64,000 nucleotides of DNA from Mobula hypostoma (taxonomy: Eukaryota), in the NCBI RefSeq assembly GCF_963921235.1, contig NC_086101.1:1984001-2048000 (forward strand). Reading direction: 5' to 3'. Below are positions 13,265 to 26,429 of this stretch, piece after piece (position 1 is the first letter of the stretch; every line of letters begins with the position of its first letter). Under the pieces are notes generated by a model that saw only the letters and a program-made list of their open reading frames with translations, did not search any database and was not told the DNA's origin. The translations under genes were made by a program, and so were the position numbers.

Positions 13265-13855
13265 CTGCTCTGAATCCCGGCGAGGGACAAGCCCACGAAC
13301 ACTGCCAAGAAGCAAGATCCAGATTACTCCGCTGTACGAAAAGATGTCCATTCCTCGGAGACGGCGGTTCGATTCTGACCCTGGGTGCAGTTTGTACGCT
13401 TACTCCGTGATCTCCTCCCCAACCCCCACCATCCCCCGAGTTACCCGGTGAGAGTCCATGGGAACAGAGGAGAAAGAAGGAACAGAGCAAATAATGTGGG
13501 CTGCCATCACTTTGGTGGGCAGAATGGCGTCCAAGAGGGGTTGGAAATAGCAGAGTTGCCACCTGCAAAGAGACCATTCCTTACCCAGAGCACATGGGGA
13601 GGTTTCAACCGGCGCATTTAATGGCAGAGAAATGTACCCAGTCTACATCCTGGAATTCTTCCTCTTCACAAACCTCCACAGAAACAGAGGAGTGCCCCCA
13701 AAGAATGAATGAGTTAAAGCCTTAGAACCCCAAATTTCCCCCCCAGCCCCACCAGCAAAAAAAAGTGTCAGCATCCTCCACCGAGAAAGCCAGTGTGCGG
13801 CAAAGCATCAATAATGACACAGGCTTGCAGTTCACCCGGTATTCGACACACCTCA

Positions 13856-13856
<1 letters not shown>

Positions 13857-13898
<42 letters not shown>
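13857..13898. repeat. (CT)n microsatellite
   Basis: Direct inspection. Confidence 0.95.
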
Positions 13899-14099
13899 CC
13901 AATTAAGGGAAAAGAGGTGTCCCCGGAGAGCCAAGATACAGAGCAAACGATTCAAAGGATGGTCTCTGGCCCCCATCTGTCTCTCTCTATTCCCTCACAG
14001 CCCCCCCACAAACCTCTTCCCACCTGTTCATGTTCCTCTCCCATCGCCCACCCTCCCGTTCCCCTTGCGCCCTCGGTATCCCAAACCAGGATGCGGGGT

Positions 14100-15050
14100 T
14101 TTCGGGAGGCGGAGAGCTTGTCCCCCCATTGGGGAGGGAATCAGAGACCTGCCGACCCGCCTCGTCTCCCGGAGCCTGCAAACTCCGCTCCCCGTCCGCC
14201 AGCTCCGGCCCAGCCCCTCCGCTCAGTCGCCAACCGGAACCAATCACTCGCCGTCCCAAGTCACACCGACTTCCTATTGGCCACACCGGCAGCCAATGGA
14301 AGCATGAGACCCAGCGCCGCCGACCGACCAATTAAATGCGAGCTGCCCTTCCTTATGCCGTCATGGCCATAGGAATAACGTCATAGGAATGGGGGGAGGG
14401 TGGGTGGCTCAAACAGCAGTCTCGATTGTAATTGGCCAATTTCCTCTGAGGAGAGGGAGAGGAATCCTATAGGGCAACACTCTCCGGTCCTTTCCCGGTG
14501 CCCAACGCCATTGGTCAAGGCTACCTGGCCTTCTCCAGGCTCTAACGCTATTGGTCAGGGGGCTTCGGCACTCCTCCGCACCCCGACTACAGGTGACCTG
14601 CCTCCACTCTCCGAGACCCCGCGGCTACTTTCGCCCCGGCTCCCCGGTGCGGTTGCCGGCTGCGGACAGCTCTGCAGCCTGGTGTTTGCCAGCGGCGAAG
14701 CCCCTCTATCTTATCCCCCAGCCCGCAGCAAGTGTCCTGGCTGAATGGGCAGCGGTTCCCGCGAGTGTGGGACAGGAGCCGCTCAAACTTTTCACCCCAT
14801 TCGCTCTCGGCCTGCTGGCTCCGAGCTAAACCCCCGCGGTGAGTTCCTTTCCCCCTCCGGTCGATCTCTCCCCGTTCTCCCATCGCCAGGCCCTCCTGAT
14901 TGCCTCGCCTGCGGATCGCAGTGGCAACACGATCACCGTTGATGGCTGCGTGGCGAAGGAGGATTGAGATACTGCGTCGCTGTACTTGCCTCTCGTGGGG
15001 GCCGAGGGAACACCTTGTCAGGCCCCGGGGGTTTCTCCGGAGCCAGGCTT
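14100..15050. promoter_or_regulatory. CpG-island promoter with clustered CCAAT boxes in both orientations; probable WD40 gene promoter, possibly bidirectional
   Basis: CpG-rich unique sequence; CCAAT at 14240, 14293, 14328, 14436 and ATTGG at 14276, 14431, 14510, 14550; about 1 kb upstream of the WD40 ATG. Confidence 0.75.
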
Positions 15051-16600
15051 GTTCTCACCGTGAAATGTGTTACTTTCGCAGCAGCAGTAAACAAGAAAAA
15101 TAATAATAATCAATAAATTACACTATACGTATATTGAATAGATTAAAATTGTGCAAGAACAGAAATAATATATCTAAAAGTGAGGTAGTGTTCGCGGGTT
15201 CAATACCCATTTAGTAATCGGATGGCAGAGGGGAAGAAGCTGTTCCTGAATCGCTGAGTGTGTGCCTTCAGGCTTCTGTATCTCCTACCTGATGGTAACA
15301 GTGAGAAAAGGGCATGCCCTGGGTGCTGGAGGTCCTTAATAATGGACACTACTCCCTGAAGATGTTCTGGGTACTTTGTAGGCTGGTGCCCAAGATGGAG
15401 CTGACTAGATTTACAACCTTCTGCAGCTTCTTTCAGTCCTGTGCAGTAGGGTAGCCCCCTCGCCCCCCACCCATACCAGACAGTGACGCTCTCCACGGTA
15501 CATCTATAGAAGTTTCTAAGTGTATTTATTGACGTACAGAATTTCTTCCTAATGAAGTATAGCCACTGTCTTGCCTTCTTTATAACTACATCGATATGTT
15601 GGGACCAGGTTAGATCCTCAGAGATCTTGACACCCAGGAACTTGAAGCTGCTCACTCTCTCCACTTCTTATCCCTCTGAGGATTGGGATGTGTTCCTTCG
15701 TCTTACCCTTCCTGAAGTCCACAATCAGCTCTTCCGTCTTACTGACATTCAGTGCCAGGTTGTTGCTGTGACACCACTCCACTAGTTGGCATATCTCACT
15801 CCTGTGTGCCCTCTCGTCACCACCTGAGATTCTACCAACAATGGTTGTATGATCAGCAAGTTTATAGATGGTATTTGAGCTCTGCCTAGCCACACGGTCA
15901 TGTGTATACAGAGAGTAGAGCAGTGGGCTAAGCACACACCCCTGAGGTGCACCAGTGTTGATCGTCAGCGAGGAGGATACGTTATCACCAATCCGCACAG
16001 ATTGTGGTTTCCAGTTAGGAAGACGAGGATCCAATTGCAGAGGGAGGTACAGAGGCCCAGGATCTGCAACTTCTCAATCGGGATTGTGGGAATGATGGTA
16101 TTAAATGCTGAGCTATAGTCGATGAACAGCATCCTCGTTCAGGTGTTAGTGTTGTCCAGGTGGTCTAAAGCCATGTGGAGACCCATTGAGATCGCGTCTG
16201 CCATTGACCTATTGTGGCGACAGGCAAATTGCAAAGGGTTCAGGTCCTTGCTGAGGCAGGAGTTCAGTCTAGTCATGACCAACCTCTCAAAGCATTTCAT
16301 CACTGTCGATGTGAGATAGTCATTAAGGCAGCCCACATTATTCTTCTTTCGCACTGGTGTAATTGTTGCCTTTTTGAAGCAAGTAGGAACTTTCACTTGT
16401 AGTAGTGAGAGGTTGAAAATATCCTTGAATACTCCCGCTAGTTGGTTGGCACAGGTTTTCAGAGCCTTACCGGGTACTCCATCGGGACCTTCTGCCTTGC
16501 GAGGGTTCACTCTCTTTAAAGACAGTCTAACATCGGCCTCTGAGACAGAGATTACAGGGTCATCAGGTGCATCAGGGATCTTCACAGCTCCTTTTCAAAG
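15050..16600 (-). mobile_element. Rex-Babar-like LINE, 3' half (RT and C-terminus), frameshifted
   Basis: ORF fragments VNPRKAEGPDGVPG, TGAPQGCVLSPLLYSLYTHD, FKFLGVKISEDLTWS, RFRNSFFPSAIRLLN. Confidence 0.9.
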
Positions 16601-18965
16601 GAGTTATGACGTTGTGGCCATAACAGAGACTTGGATGGTGCAGGGGCAGGAATGGCTACTTCAAGTGCCAGGCTTTAGATGTTTCAGAAAGGACAGGGAG
16701 GGAGGCAAAAGAGGTGGGGGCGTGGTACTGCTGATCAGAGATAGTGTCACAGCTGCAGAAAAGGAGGAAGTCATGGATTGTCTACGGAGTCTGTGTGGGT
16801 GGAAGTTCGGAATAGGAAGGAGTCAATAACTGTACTGGGTGTTAGACCACCCAATAATAACAGGGATATCGAGAAGCAGTTAGGAACACAGATTCTGGAA
16901 AGAGTAATAATAACAGGGTCATTGTGGGAGATTTTAATTTCCCAAATATTAGAAACATAGAAACATAGAAAACCTACAGCGCAATACAGGCCCTTCGGCC
17001 CACAAAGTTGTCCCGAACATGTTCCTGACTTAGAAATTACTGGGCTTACCCATTGCCTTCTATTTTGCTAAGCTCCAAAAGTCTCTTAAAAGACCCTATT
17101 GTAAGTTACAGAGAAAGGTTGAACAAGTTGGGTCTTTATTCTTTGGAGCGTAGAAGGTTGAGGGGGGACTTGATAGAGGTGTTTAAAATTATGAGGGGGA
17201 TTCAAACAAGAGGACATGAGTTGAAAGTTAAAGGGCAAAAGTTTAGGGGTAACATGAGGGGGAACTTCTTTACTCAGAGAGTGGTAGCTGTGTGGAACGA
17301 GCTTCCAGCAGAAGTGGTTGAGACAGGTTCGATGTTGTTGTTTAAAGTTAAATTAGATAGGTATATGGACAGGAAAGGAATGGAGGGTTATGGGCTGAGT
17401 GCAGGTCGGTGGGACTAGGTGAGAGTAAGAGTTCAGCATGGACTAGAAGGGCCGAGATGGTCTGTTTCCATGCTGTAATTGTTATATGGTTATATGGTAT
17501 CTGCCTCCACCACCGTTGCCGGCAGCCCATGCAAAACTTAGTGACATCTCCTCTGTACCTACTCCCCAGCACCTTAAACCTGTACCCTCCTGCAGCAGCC
17601 ATTTCAGCCCTGGGAAAAAGCCTCTGACTATCCACACGATCAGTGCCTCTCATCATCTTATACACCTCTATCAGGTCACCTATCATCCTCTATTGCTCCA
17701 AGGGGAAAAGGCCGAGTTCACTCAACCTGTTTTCATAAGGAATGCTCCCCAATCCAGGCAACATCCTTGTAAATCTCCTCTGCACCCTTTCTATGGTTTC
17801 CACATCCTTCCTGTAGTGAGGCGACCAGAACTGAGCACAGTACTTCATGTGGGGTCTGACCAGGGTCCTATATAGCTGCAACATTACCTCTTGGCTCCTA
17901 AATTCAATTCCACAATTGGTAAAGGCCAATACACCGCATACCTTCTCAACCACAGAGTCAACCTGCGCAGCTGCTTTGAGTGTCCTAAGGACTTGGACCC
18001 CAAGATCCCTCTGATCCTCCACACTGCCAAGAGTCTTACCATTAATACATATTCTGCCGTCATATTTGACGTACCAAGATGAACCACCTCACACTTATCT
18101 GGGTTGAACTCCATCTGCCTCTTCTCAGCCCAGTTTTGCATCCTATCAATGTCCTGTTGTAACCTCTGACAGCCCTCCACACTATCCACAGCACCCCCAA
18201 CCTTTGTGTCATCAGCAAACTTACTAACCCATCCCTCCACTTCCTCATCCAGGTCACAAAGAGTAAGAGCCCCGGAACAGATCCCTGAGGCATACCACTG
18301 GTCACCGACCTCCATGCAGAATATGACCCGTCTACAACCACTCTTTGCCTTCTGTGGACAAGCCAGTTCTGGATCCACAAAGCAATGTCCCCTTGGATCC
18401 CATGCCTCCTTACTTTCTCAATAAGCCTTGCATGGAGTACCTTATCAAATGCTTTGCTGAAATCCATATACACTACATCTACTGCTCTACCTTCATTCAT
18501 ATTGATTGGCATCTCCCTAGAGCAAGGGGTTTAGATGGGGTGGAGTTTGTTAGGTGTATTCAGGAAGGTTTCTTGACACAATATGTAGATAAGCCTACAA
18601 GAGGAGAGACTGTACTTGATCTGGTATTGGGAAATGAACCTGGTCAGGTGTCAGATCTCTCAGTGGGAGAGCATTTTGGACATAGTGACCACAATTCTAT
18701 CTCCTTTACTATAGCATTGGACAGGGATACGAACAGACAGGTTAGGGAAACGTTTAATTGGAGTAAGGGGAAATATGAAGCTATCAGTCAGGAACTTGGA
18801 AGCATAAATTGGGAACAGATGTTCTCAGGAAAATATGCGGAAGAAATGTGGCAAATGTTCAGGGGATATTTGCGTGGGGTTCTGCGTAGAGACATTCCAT
18901 TGAGATAGGGAAAGGATACATGAACCGTGGTGTACAATAGCTATTGAAAATCTAGTCAAGAAGTA
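16601..18965 (+). mobile_element. Older CR1 LINE, APE region, interrupted by a nested minus-strand CR1 (about 16951-18498) that itself contains a plus-strand CR1 3' piece (about 17101-17497)
   Basis: YDVVAITETW and PTRGETVLDLVLGN motifs; the FPNI|DWHL frame is split with ATATT duplicated; (AGAAACAT)n tails. Confidence 0.88.
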
Positions 18966-21020
18966 AAAACATAGAAAATAGGTGCAGGAGTAGGCTATTT
19001 GGCCCTTCGAACCTGCACCGACATTCAGTATAATCATGGCTGATCATCCAACTCAGAACCCTGTACCAGCCTTCCCTCCATACCCCCTGATCCCCTTAGC
19101 CACAAGAGCCATATCTAACTCCCTCTTAAATATAGCCAATGAACTGGCCTCAACTGTTTCCTGTGGCAGAGAATTCCACAGATTCACCACTCTCTGTGTG
19201 AAGAAGTTTTTCCTAATTTCAGTCCTAAAAGGCTTCCCCTTTATCCTCAAACTGTGACCCCTCATTCTGGACTTCCTCAACATCAGGAACAATCTTCCTG
19301 CATCTAGCCTGTCCAATCCCTTTAGAATTTTATACGTTTCAATTAGATCCCCCCTTCAATCTTCTAAATTCCAACGAGTATAAGCCTAGTCGATCCAGTC
19401 TTTCATCATATGAGAGTCCTGCCATCCCAGGAATCAATCTGGTGAACCTTCTTTGTACTCCCTCTATGGCAAGGGTGTTTTTCCTTAGATTAGGGGACCA
19501 AAACTGCACACAATACTCCAGGTGTGGTCTCACCAAAGCCTTGTACAAATGCAGTAGTACCTCCCTGCTCCTGTACTCAAATCCTCTTGCTATAAATGCC
19601 AGCATACCATTCGCCTTTTTCACCGCCTGCTGTACCTGCATGCCCACTTTCAATGACTGGTGTATAATGACACCCAGGTCTCGTTGCACCTCCCCTTTTC
19701 CTAATCGGCCACCATTCAGATAATAACCTGTTTTCCTATTTTTGCCACCAAAGTGGATCACCTCACATTCATCCACATTAAATTGCATCTGCCATGAATT
19801 TGCCCACTCACCCAACCTATCCAAGTCACCCTGCATCCTCTTAAAATCCTCCTCACAGCTAACACTGCCACCCAACTTCATGTCATCCGCAAACTTGGAG
19901 ATGCTGCATTTAATTCCCTCATCTAAGTCATTAATATATATTGTAAACAACTGGGGTCCCAGCACTGAGCCTTGCGGTACCCCACTAGTCACTGCCTGCC
20001 ATTCTGAAAAGGTCCCGTTTATTCCCACTCTTTGCTTCCTGTCTGCCAACCAACTCTCTATCCACATTAATACCTTACCCTCAATACCATGTGCTTTAAG
20101 TTTGCACACTAATCTCCTGTGTGGGACCTTGTCAAAAGCCTTTTGAAAATCCAAATATACTACATCCACTGGTTCTCCCCTATCCACTCTACTAGTTACA
20201 TCCTCAAAAAATTGTATGAAATTCGTCAGACATGATTTTCCTTTCACAAATCCATGCTGACTTTGTCCGATGATTTCACCGCTTTCCAAATGTGCTGTTA
20301 TCACATCTTTGGTAACTGACTCCAGCAGTTTCCCCACCACCGACGTTAGGCTAACCAGTCTATAATTCCCCGGTTTCTCTCTCCCTCCTTTTTTAAAAAG
20401 CGGGGTTACATTAGCCACCCTCCAATCCTCAGGAACTAATCCAGAATCCAAAGAGTTTTGAAAAATTATTACTAATGCATCCACTATTTCTTGGGCTACT
20501 TCCTTAAGCACTCTGGGATGCAGACCATCTGGCCCTGGGGATTTATCTGCCTTTTATCCCTTCAATTTACCTAACACCACTTCCCTACCAACATGTATTT
20601 CCCTCAGTTCCTCCATCTCACTGGACCCTCTGTCCCCTACTATTTCCGGAAGATTATTTATGTCCTTCTTAGTGAAGACAGAACCAAAGTAATTATTCAA
20701 TTGGTCTGCCATGTCCTTGCTCCCCATAATCAATTCACCTGTTTCTGTCTGTAGGGGACCTACATTTGTCTTTACCAGTCTTTTCCTTTTTACATATCTA
20801 TAAAAGCTTTTACAGTCCGTTTTTATGTTCTCTGCCAGTTTTCTCTCATAATCTTTTTTCCCCTTCCAAATTAAGCCCTTTGTCCTCCTCTGCTGAACTC
20901 TGAATTTCTCCCAGTCCTCAGGTGAGCCACTTTCTCTGGCTAATTTGTATGCTTCTTCTTTGGAATTGATACTATCCCTAATTTCTCTTGTCAGCCACGG
21001 GTGCACTACCTTCCTTGATT
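18966..21020 (-). mobile_element. Young CR1 LINE, 5'-truncated, nearly intact RT
   Basis: 390-aa ORF with YLDFQKAFDKV, GVPQGSVLGP and FADD motifs; CTATGTTTT tail. Confidence 0.95.
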
Positions 21021-21512
21021 TATTGATTCACTGTTTGCAGTGTCTTCCTTTGCACATTGACTCTTTACTGGGCCTTTCTGCTTACGTACGGTTTTTCAGA
21101 AAATTCTGCTGTATCTCTCTTTTTCCTGTAAATGTAAGGAAATGAATCTTAAAGTATCATATGGTAACATCATATGATATACTGTACATTCTTTGATAGT
21201 AAATTCACTTAACTTTGAACCACAGATTTAGCACTGTTTCCATACTGAATGGTGACATGATAAAAATACACATAATCAAAAGACTGGTAAACAATCGATG
21301 TGCAAAGAAAGACAAACTGCAAACAGAAATAATATTGAGAACATGAGTTGTAAAGTGTCCCTGAAGGGGAGTCTGTAGGTTGTGGAACCAAGTCAGAGAT
21401 ATGGCAGGTGAATTTATCCAGACTGGTTCAAGATTGAGGGGTAATAACTGTTCCTGAACCTGGTGGTGTGAGTCCTGAGGATCCTGTACCTCCTGCCCGA
21501 TAGTAGCAGAAG

Positions 21513-21908
21513 ACCATAAGACAAAGGAGCAGAAGTCAGCCATTCGGCCCATCGAGTCTGCTCCACCATTTTATCATGAGCTGATCCATTCTCCTATTTA
21601 GTCCCACTCCCCCGCCTTCTCACCATAACCTTTGATGCCCTGGCTACTCAGATACCTGAAGTCATGCCCTCTCGTACGAGACTCCCCCACCATGGGAAAC
21701 AACTTTGCCACATCCACTCTGTCCATGCCTTTCAGCATTCGAAATGTTTCTATGAGGTCCCCCCTCGTTCTTCTAAACTCCAAGGAATACAGTCCAAGAG
21801 CGGACAAACGTTCCTCATATGTTAACCCTCTCATTCCCGGAATAATTCCAGTGAATCTTCTCTGTACCCTCTCCAACGTCAGCACATCCTTTCTTAAACA
21901 AGGAGCCT
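21513..21908 (-). mobile_element. CR1 3' fragment
   Basis: LERVQRRFT...LYSLEFRRTRGDLIETF motif. Confidence 0.85.
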
Positions 21909-21910
21909 AT

Positions 21911-23342
21911 AGAAGTGAGGGAAAGCTCCATTAACGTCGTGGAACTTTCACGGATTATAGAGGAGCAAGTGTTCGCTACCCTGAGGCAAATCGGGGCGGG
22001 GGTGGTGGTTCTATTTGCCTCGAGGCGACTCATGTCAGCGGCGGTACTCTCAGTGGATACGATGAAATATTCCCGTCTCAGCCTGATACAGCTGAAAAGC
22101 ACAACTGCTTCCAAGCTAGGAACTATCGCTGCTTAAACCCGATGGAAACTACGCCGATTGTGGACGGACTGCTCGCCAGATCCCACGTAGGAAACGTGGG
22201 TGCGGGTCAGGGATACAAGTGCGATTAAGGAAATGGGGTTTTAAACTCCCAACACCAACAATCTTGCCTGCGACCATGCAGTCTCTGGTGAATAAAATCG
22301 GTGATCTCAGAGCCAGGGTGCTGGATCAGAGGGACATCAGGACCGCGTGTGTCCTTTGTTTCACGGAATCCTGGTTAACCCCTTCCGTGCAGGATGCAGC
22401 GATTTGGATCGACAGGTTTACTATACACCATCAGGATAGATCTATAGAGTCTCTGAAAAGCAGAGGTGGAGGAGTATGCCTCATGATCAACTCCTCTTGA
22501 GCACAAATATATCAGTGCCGTCCCAATTCTGCTCACCAGACCGGGAATATCTAGCAGTAAAGTGCCGTCCTTTTCACTCACCACGGGAGTTCTCTGGGGT
22601 CATTCTGGCAGCAGTTTACATTCCACCTCAGCCCAACGTCAAGCAGGCTTTAGATGATCTGAGCAATAGGATCAACATGCATGAAACAGCACACCCTAAC
22701 GCCTTCACCATTGTTTTGGGGGATTTTAACCAGGCCAGTTCACGCCCTCACCTCGGGAAGTCTGGTCACCTGGCTGTACTTCTACTCCCTGAGTATAGGC
22801 AGAGACTGAAGACTGCAGCACCAGCAGTGAGGACCAAGAAGGCTTGGACAAGGGAAGCACAGGAGTGCCTACAGGACTGCTTTGAATCAGTGAACTGGAC
22901 TGTATTCAGGGATTCATCTTCAAACCTGGATGAGTTTGCTGCTGTTGTTACCGACTGCGCCTCTTCCTATAGATGCTGCTTGGCCTGCTGCGTTCACCAG
23001 CAACTTTGATGTGTGTTGGATGAGTGTGTGCCCACGAAGACTTGCTGTACATCCCCAAACCAAAAGCCGTAGATGAACCAGGAGGTACATCGTCTGCTGA
23101 AGGCCAGATCTGTGGCATTCAAGTCTGGAGACCCAGGCCTGTACCAGAAAACCAGGTATGATTTCCGAAGGGCTATTTCAAGGGCGAAGAGACAATTTCG
23201 AACGAGGTTGGAGGTGACATCGGATGCACAGCAACTCTGGCAGGGTCTGCAAGACGTTACTTCCTACAAAGTGAAACACAATAGCATGAATGGCAGAGAT
23301 GCTTCACTACCAGATGAACTCAATGCCTTCCATGCACACTTT
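21911..23342 (+). mobile_element. Rex-Babar-like LINE, 5' half (APE endonuclease), with a small Penelope-derived insert at about 22960-23018
   Basis: QSLVNK...LCFTESWL, RGGGVC, VYIPPQ, GDFNQ and LPDELNAF motifs. Confidence 0.88.
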
Positions 23343-25446
23343 AGAAACATAGAAACCCTACAGCACAATACAGGCCCTTCAGCCCACAAAACTGTGCCAA
23401 ACATGTCCTTACCTTAGAAATTACTAGACTTACCCATAGCCCTCTATTTTTCGAAGCTCCATGTATCCATCCAGGAGTCTCTTAAAAGACCCTATCGTAT
23501 CCACCTCCACCACCATTGCCGGCAGCCCATTCCACGCACTCACCACTCTCTGCGTAAAAAACTTACCCCTGACATCTCCTCTGTACCTACTCCCCAGCAC
23601 CTTAAACCTGTGTCCTCTTGTGACAACCATTTCAGCCCTGGGAAAAAGCCTCTGATTATCCACATGATCAATGCCTCTCATCATCGTGTACACCTCTATC
23701 AGGTCACCTCTCATCCTCCGTCGCTCCAAGGAGAAAAGGCTGAGTTCACTCAACCTATTCTCATAAGGCATGCTCCCCAATCCAGGTAACATCCTTGTAA
23801 ATCTCCTCTGCACCCTTTCTATGGCTTCCACATCCTTCCTGTAGTGAGGTGACCAGAACTGAGCACAGTGCTCCAGGTGGGGTCTGACCAGGGTCCTATA
23901 TAGCTGTGACATTACCTCCCGGCTCCCAAATTCAATTCTACGATTAATGAAGGCCAATACACCGTATGCCTTCTTAACCACAGAGTCAACCTGTGCAGCT
24001 GCTTTGAGCGTCCTATGGACTCAGACCCCAAGATCCCTCTGATCCTCCACACTGCCAAGAGTTTTACCATTAATACTATATTCTGCCATCATATTTGACC
24101 TACCAAAATTAACCACTTCACACTTATCTGGGTTGAACTCCATCTGCCACTTCTCAGCCCAGTTTTACATCCTATCAATGTCCTGTTGTAACCTCTGACA
24201 GCCCTCCACACTATCCACAACAACCCCAACCTTTGTGTCACCAGCAAATTTACTAATCCATCCCTCCACTTCTTCATCCAGGTTATTTATAAACATCACG
24301 AAGAGTAGGAGTCCCAGAGCAGATCCCTGAGGCACACCACTGGTCACCAACCTCCATGCAGAATATGACCCATCTACAACCACTCTTTGCCTTCTGTGGA
24401 CAAGCCAGTTCTGGATCCACAAAGCAATTTCCCCTTGGATCCCATGCCTCCTTACTTTCTCAATAAGCCTTGCATGGGGTACCTTATCAAATGCCTTGCT
24501 GAAATCCATATGCACTACATCTACGGCTCTACCTTCATTGATGTGTTTAGTCACAATGATAAAGTATGTAAAAGGGTTAACACTTCGTTAAACAATAGCA
24601 ACCTGTTTTTCTGAAGGAAACTGCTGATGATCAACAGATGTGCTGAGCCATATTTCTTCTTGAAGGTAGCCAGCCAGGGTTTCAGGATGCTTATCTCCTT
24701 GTGCACTCATGCGTAGAGATAGGACCACTCCGCCTGTTTGTGTAGGTTCTGTCCGTTAGGCCTATTCTGTAACTTGTCTTTCGGGGCTGTCATGTAGTGG
24801 ATAACTTTGACTCCAGCCTATCTTCTGTGGGAGGTATCTGACCAAATATACCTGTGTTGTAAGGGGAATTGTTAGTTAGTTTGCTGGATCCTCTCCAAAT
24901 GTTCATAAATCCTGCCTCTCAGGATCTTCTCCATCAACTTACCAACCACTGAAGTAAGACTCACTGGTCTATAATTTCCTGAGCTATCCCTACTCCCTTT
25001 CTTGAATAAGAGAACAACATCTGCAACCCTCCAATCCTCTGGAACCTCTCCTGTCCCCATTGATGATGCAAAGATCATCACCAGAGGCTCAGCAATCTCC
25101 TCCCTCACCTCCCACAGTAGCCTGGGGTACATCTCGTCTGGTCCCGGTGACTTATCCAACTTGATGCTTTCCAAAAGCTCCAGCACATCCTCTTTCTTAA
25201 TGTCTACATGCTCAAGCTTTTCAGTCTGCTGCAAGGCATCCCTACAATCACCTTCTTTCCTTTTCCATAGTGAATACTGAAGCAAAGTATTCATTAAGTA
25301 CCTCTGCTATTTCCTCCAGTTCCATACACACTTTCCCACTGTCACACTTGATTGGTCCTATTCTCTCACATCTTATCCTCTTGCTCTTCAAATACTTGTA
25401 GAATGCCTTGGGGTTTTCCTAAATCCTGCTTGCCAAGGCTTCTCAT
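23343..25446 (-). mobile_element. CR1 LINE RT/3' part; continuation of the element starting at 16601; interrupted at about 24556-24887
   Basis: KSPGPDEMYPRLL, MDFSKAFDKVPH and RPHLEHCAQFWSP motifs; tail at 23343. Confidence 0.9.
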
Positions 25447-26110
25447 GAAAAAGGCGAATGGTATGCTGGCATTTATAGCGAGAGGATTCGAGTACAGGAG
25501 CAGGGAGGTACTACTGCAGTTGTACAAGGCCTTGGTGAGACCACACCTGGAGTATTGTGTGCAGTTTTGGTCCCCTAATCTGAGGAAAGACATCCTTGCC
25601 ATAGAGGGAGTACAAAGAAGGTTCACCAGATTGATTCCTGGGATGGCAGGACTCTCATATGATGAAAGACTGGATCGACTAGGCTTATACTCGCTGGAAT
25701 TTAGAAGATTGAGGGGGGATCTGATTGAAACGTATAAAATTCTAAAGGGATTGGACAGGCTAGATGCAGGAAGATTGTTCCCGATGTTGGGGAAGTCCAG
25801 AACGAGGGGTCACAGTTTGAGGATAAAGGGGAAGCCTTTTAGGACCGAGATGAGGAAAAACTTCTTCACACAGACAGTGGTGAATCTGTAGAATTCTCTG
25901 CCACAGGAAACAGTTGAGGCCAGTTCATTGGCTATATTTAAGAGGGAGTTAGATATGGCCCTTGTGGCTAAAGGGATCAGGGGGTATGGAGGGAAGGCAG
26001 GTACAGGGTTCTGAGTTGGATGATCAGCCATGATCGTACTGAATGGCGGTGCAAGCTCGAAGGGCCGAATGGCCTACTCCTGCACCTATTTTCTATGTTA
26101 TATTTCTATG
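25447..26110 (+). mobile_element. Young CR1 3' fragment, near-identical inverted copy of 18968-19622
   Basis: KKANGMLAFIARGFEYRSREVLLQLY ORF; direct comparison with the reverse complement. Confidence 0.95.
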
Positions 26111-26429
26111 AATCATTTAAACAGTAAATCCAAGAGACAGGATAGAATTCAGGGAAAGACCACACCCAACAGGACGGACAAACAGCCAATGTACAAAAGG
26201 CTACAAACTGTGTAAGTAATTAAATAAATAAGCAATAAGTGTGAAGAAGTGATGAAGAGTCCTTGAAAGCGGTTTATCCCCTATATTGAAGAGCCTGAAG
26301 ATTGAGAGGTAATAAATATTCCTGGTGGTGCGAGGCCTGAGGCCTGAGGCTCCGGTGTCTCCTCCCCGGTGATGACCTGCTTCCCTGTGACAACTCTTTG
26401 TGTGGAGGTGCCCAGTGCTGGGGAGGGCT

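Noticed and set aside
10129..13273. Long Gly/Trp-rich and Pro-rich ORFs (up to 567 aa)
   Set aside because: They are stop-free by-products of G/C-skewed minisatellites and open in several frames on both strands; only the embedded WD40 exons are supported.
14466..14478. RFX X-box suggesting a ciliary gene
   Set aside because: Only one good half-site (GGCAAC) with non-canonical spacing.
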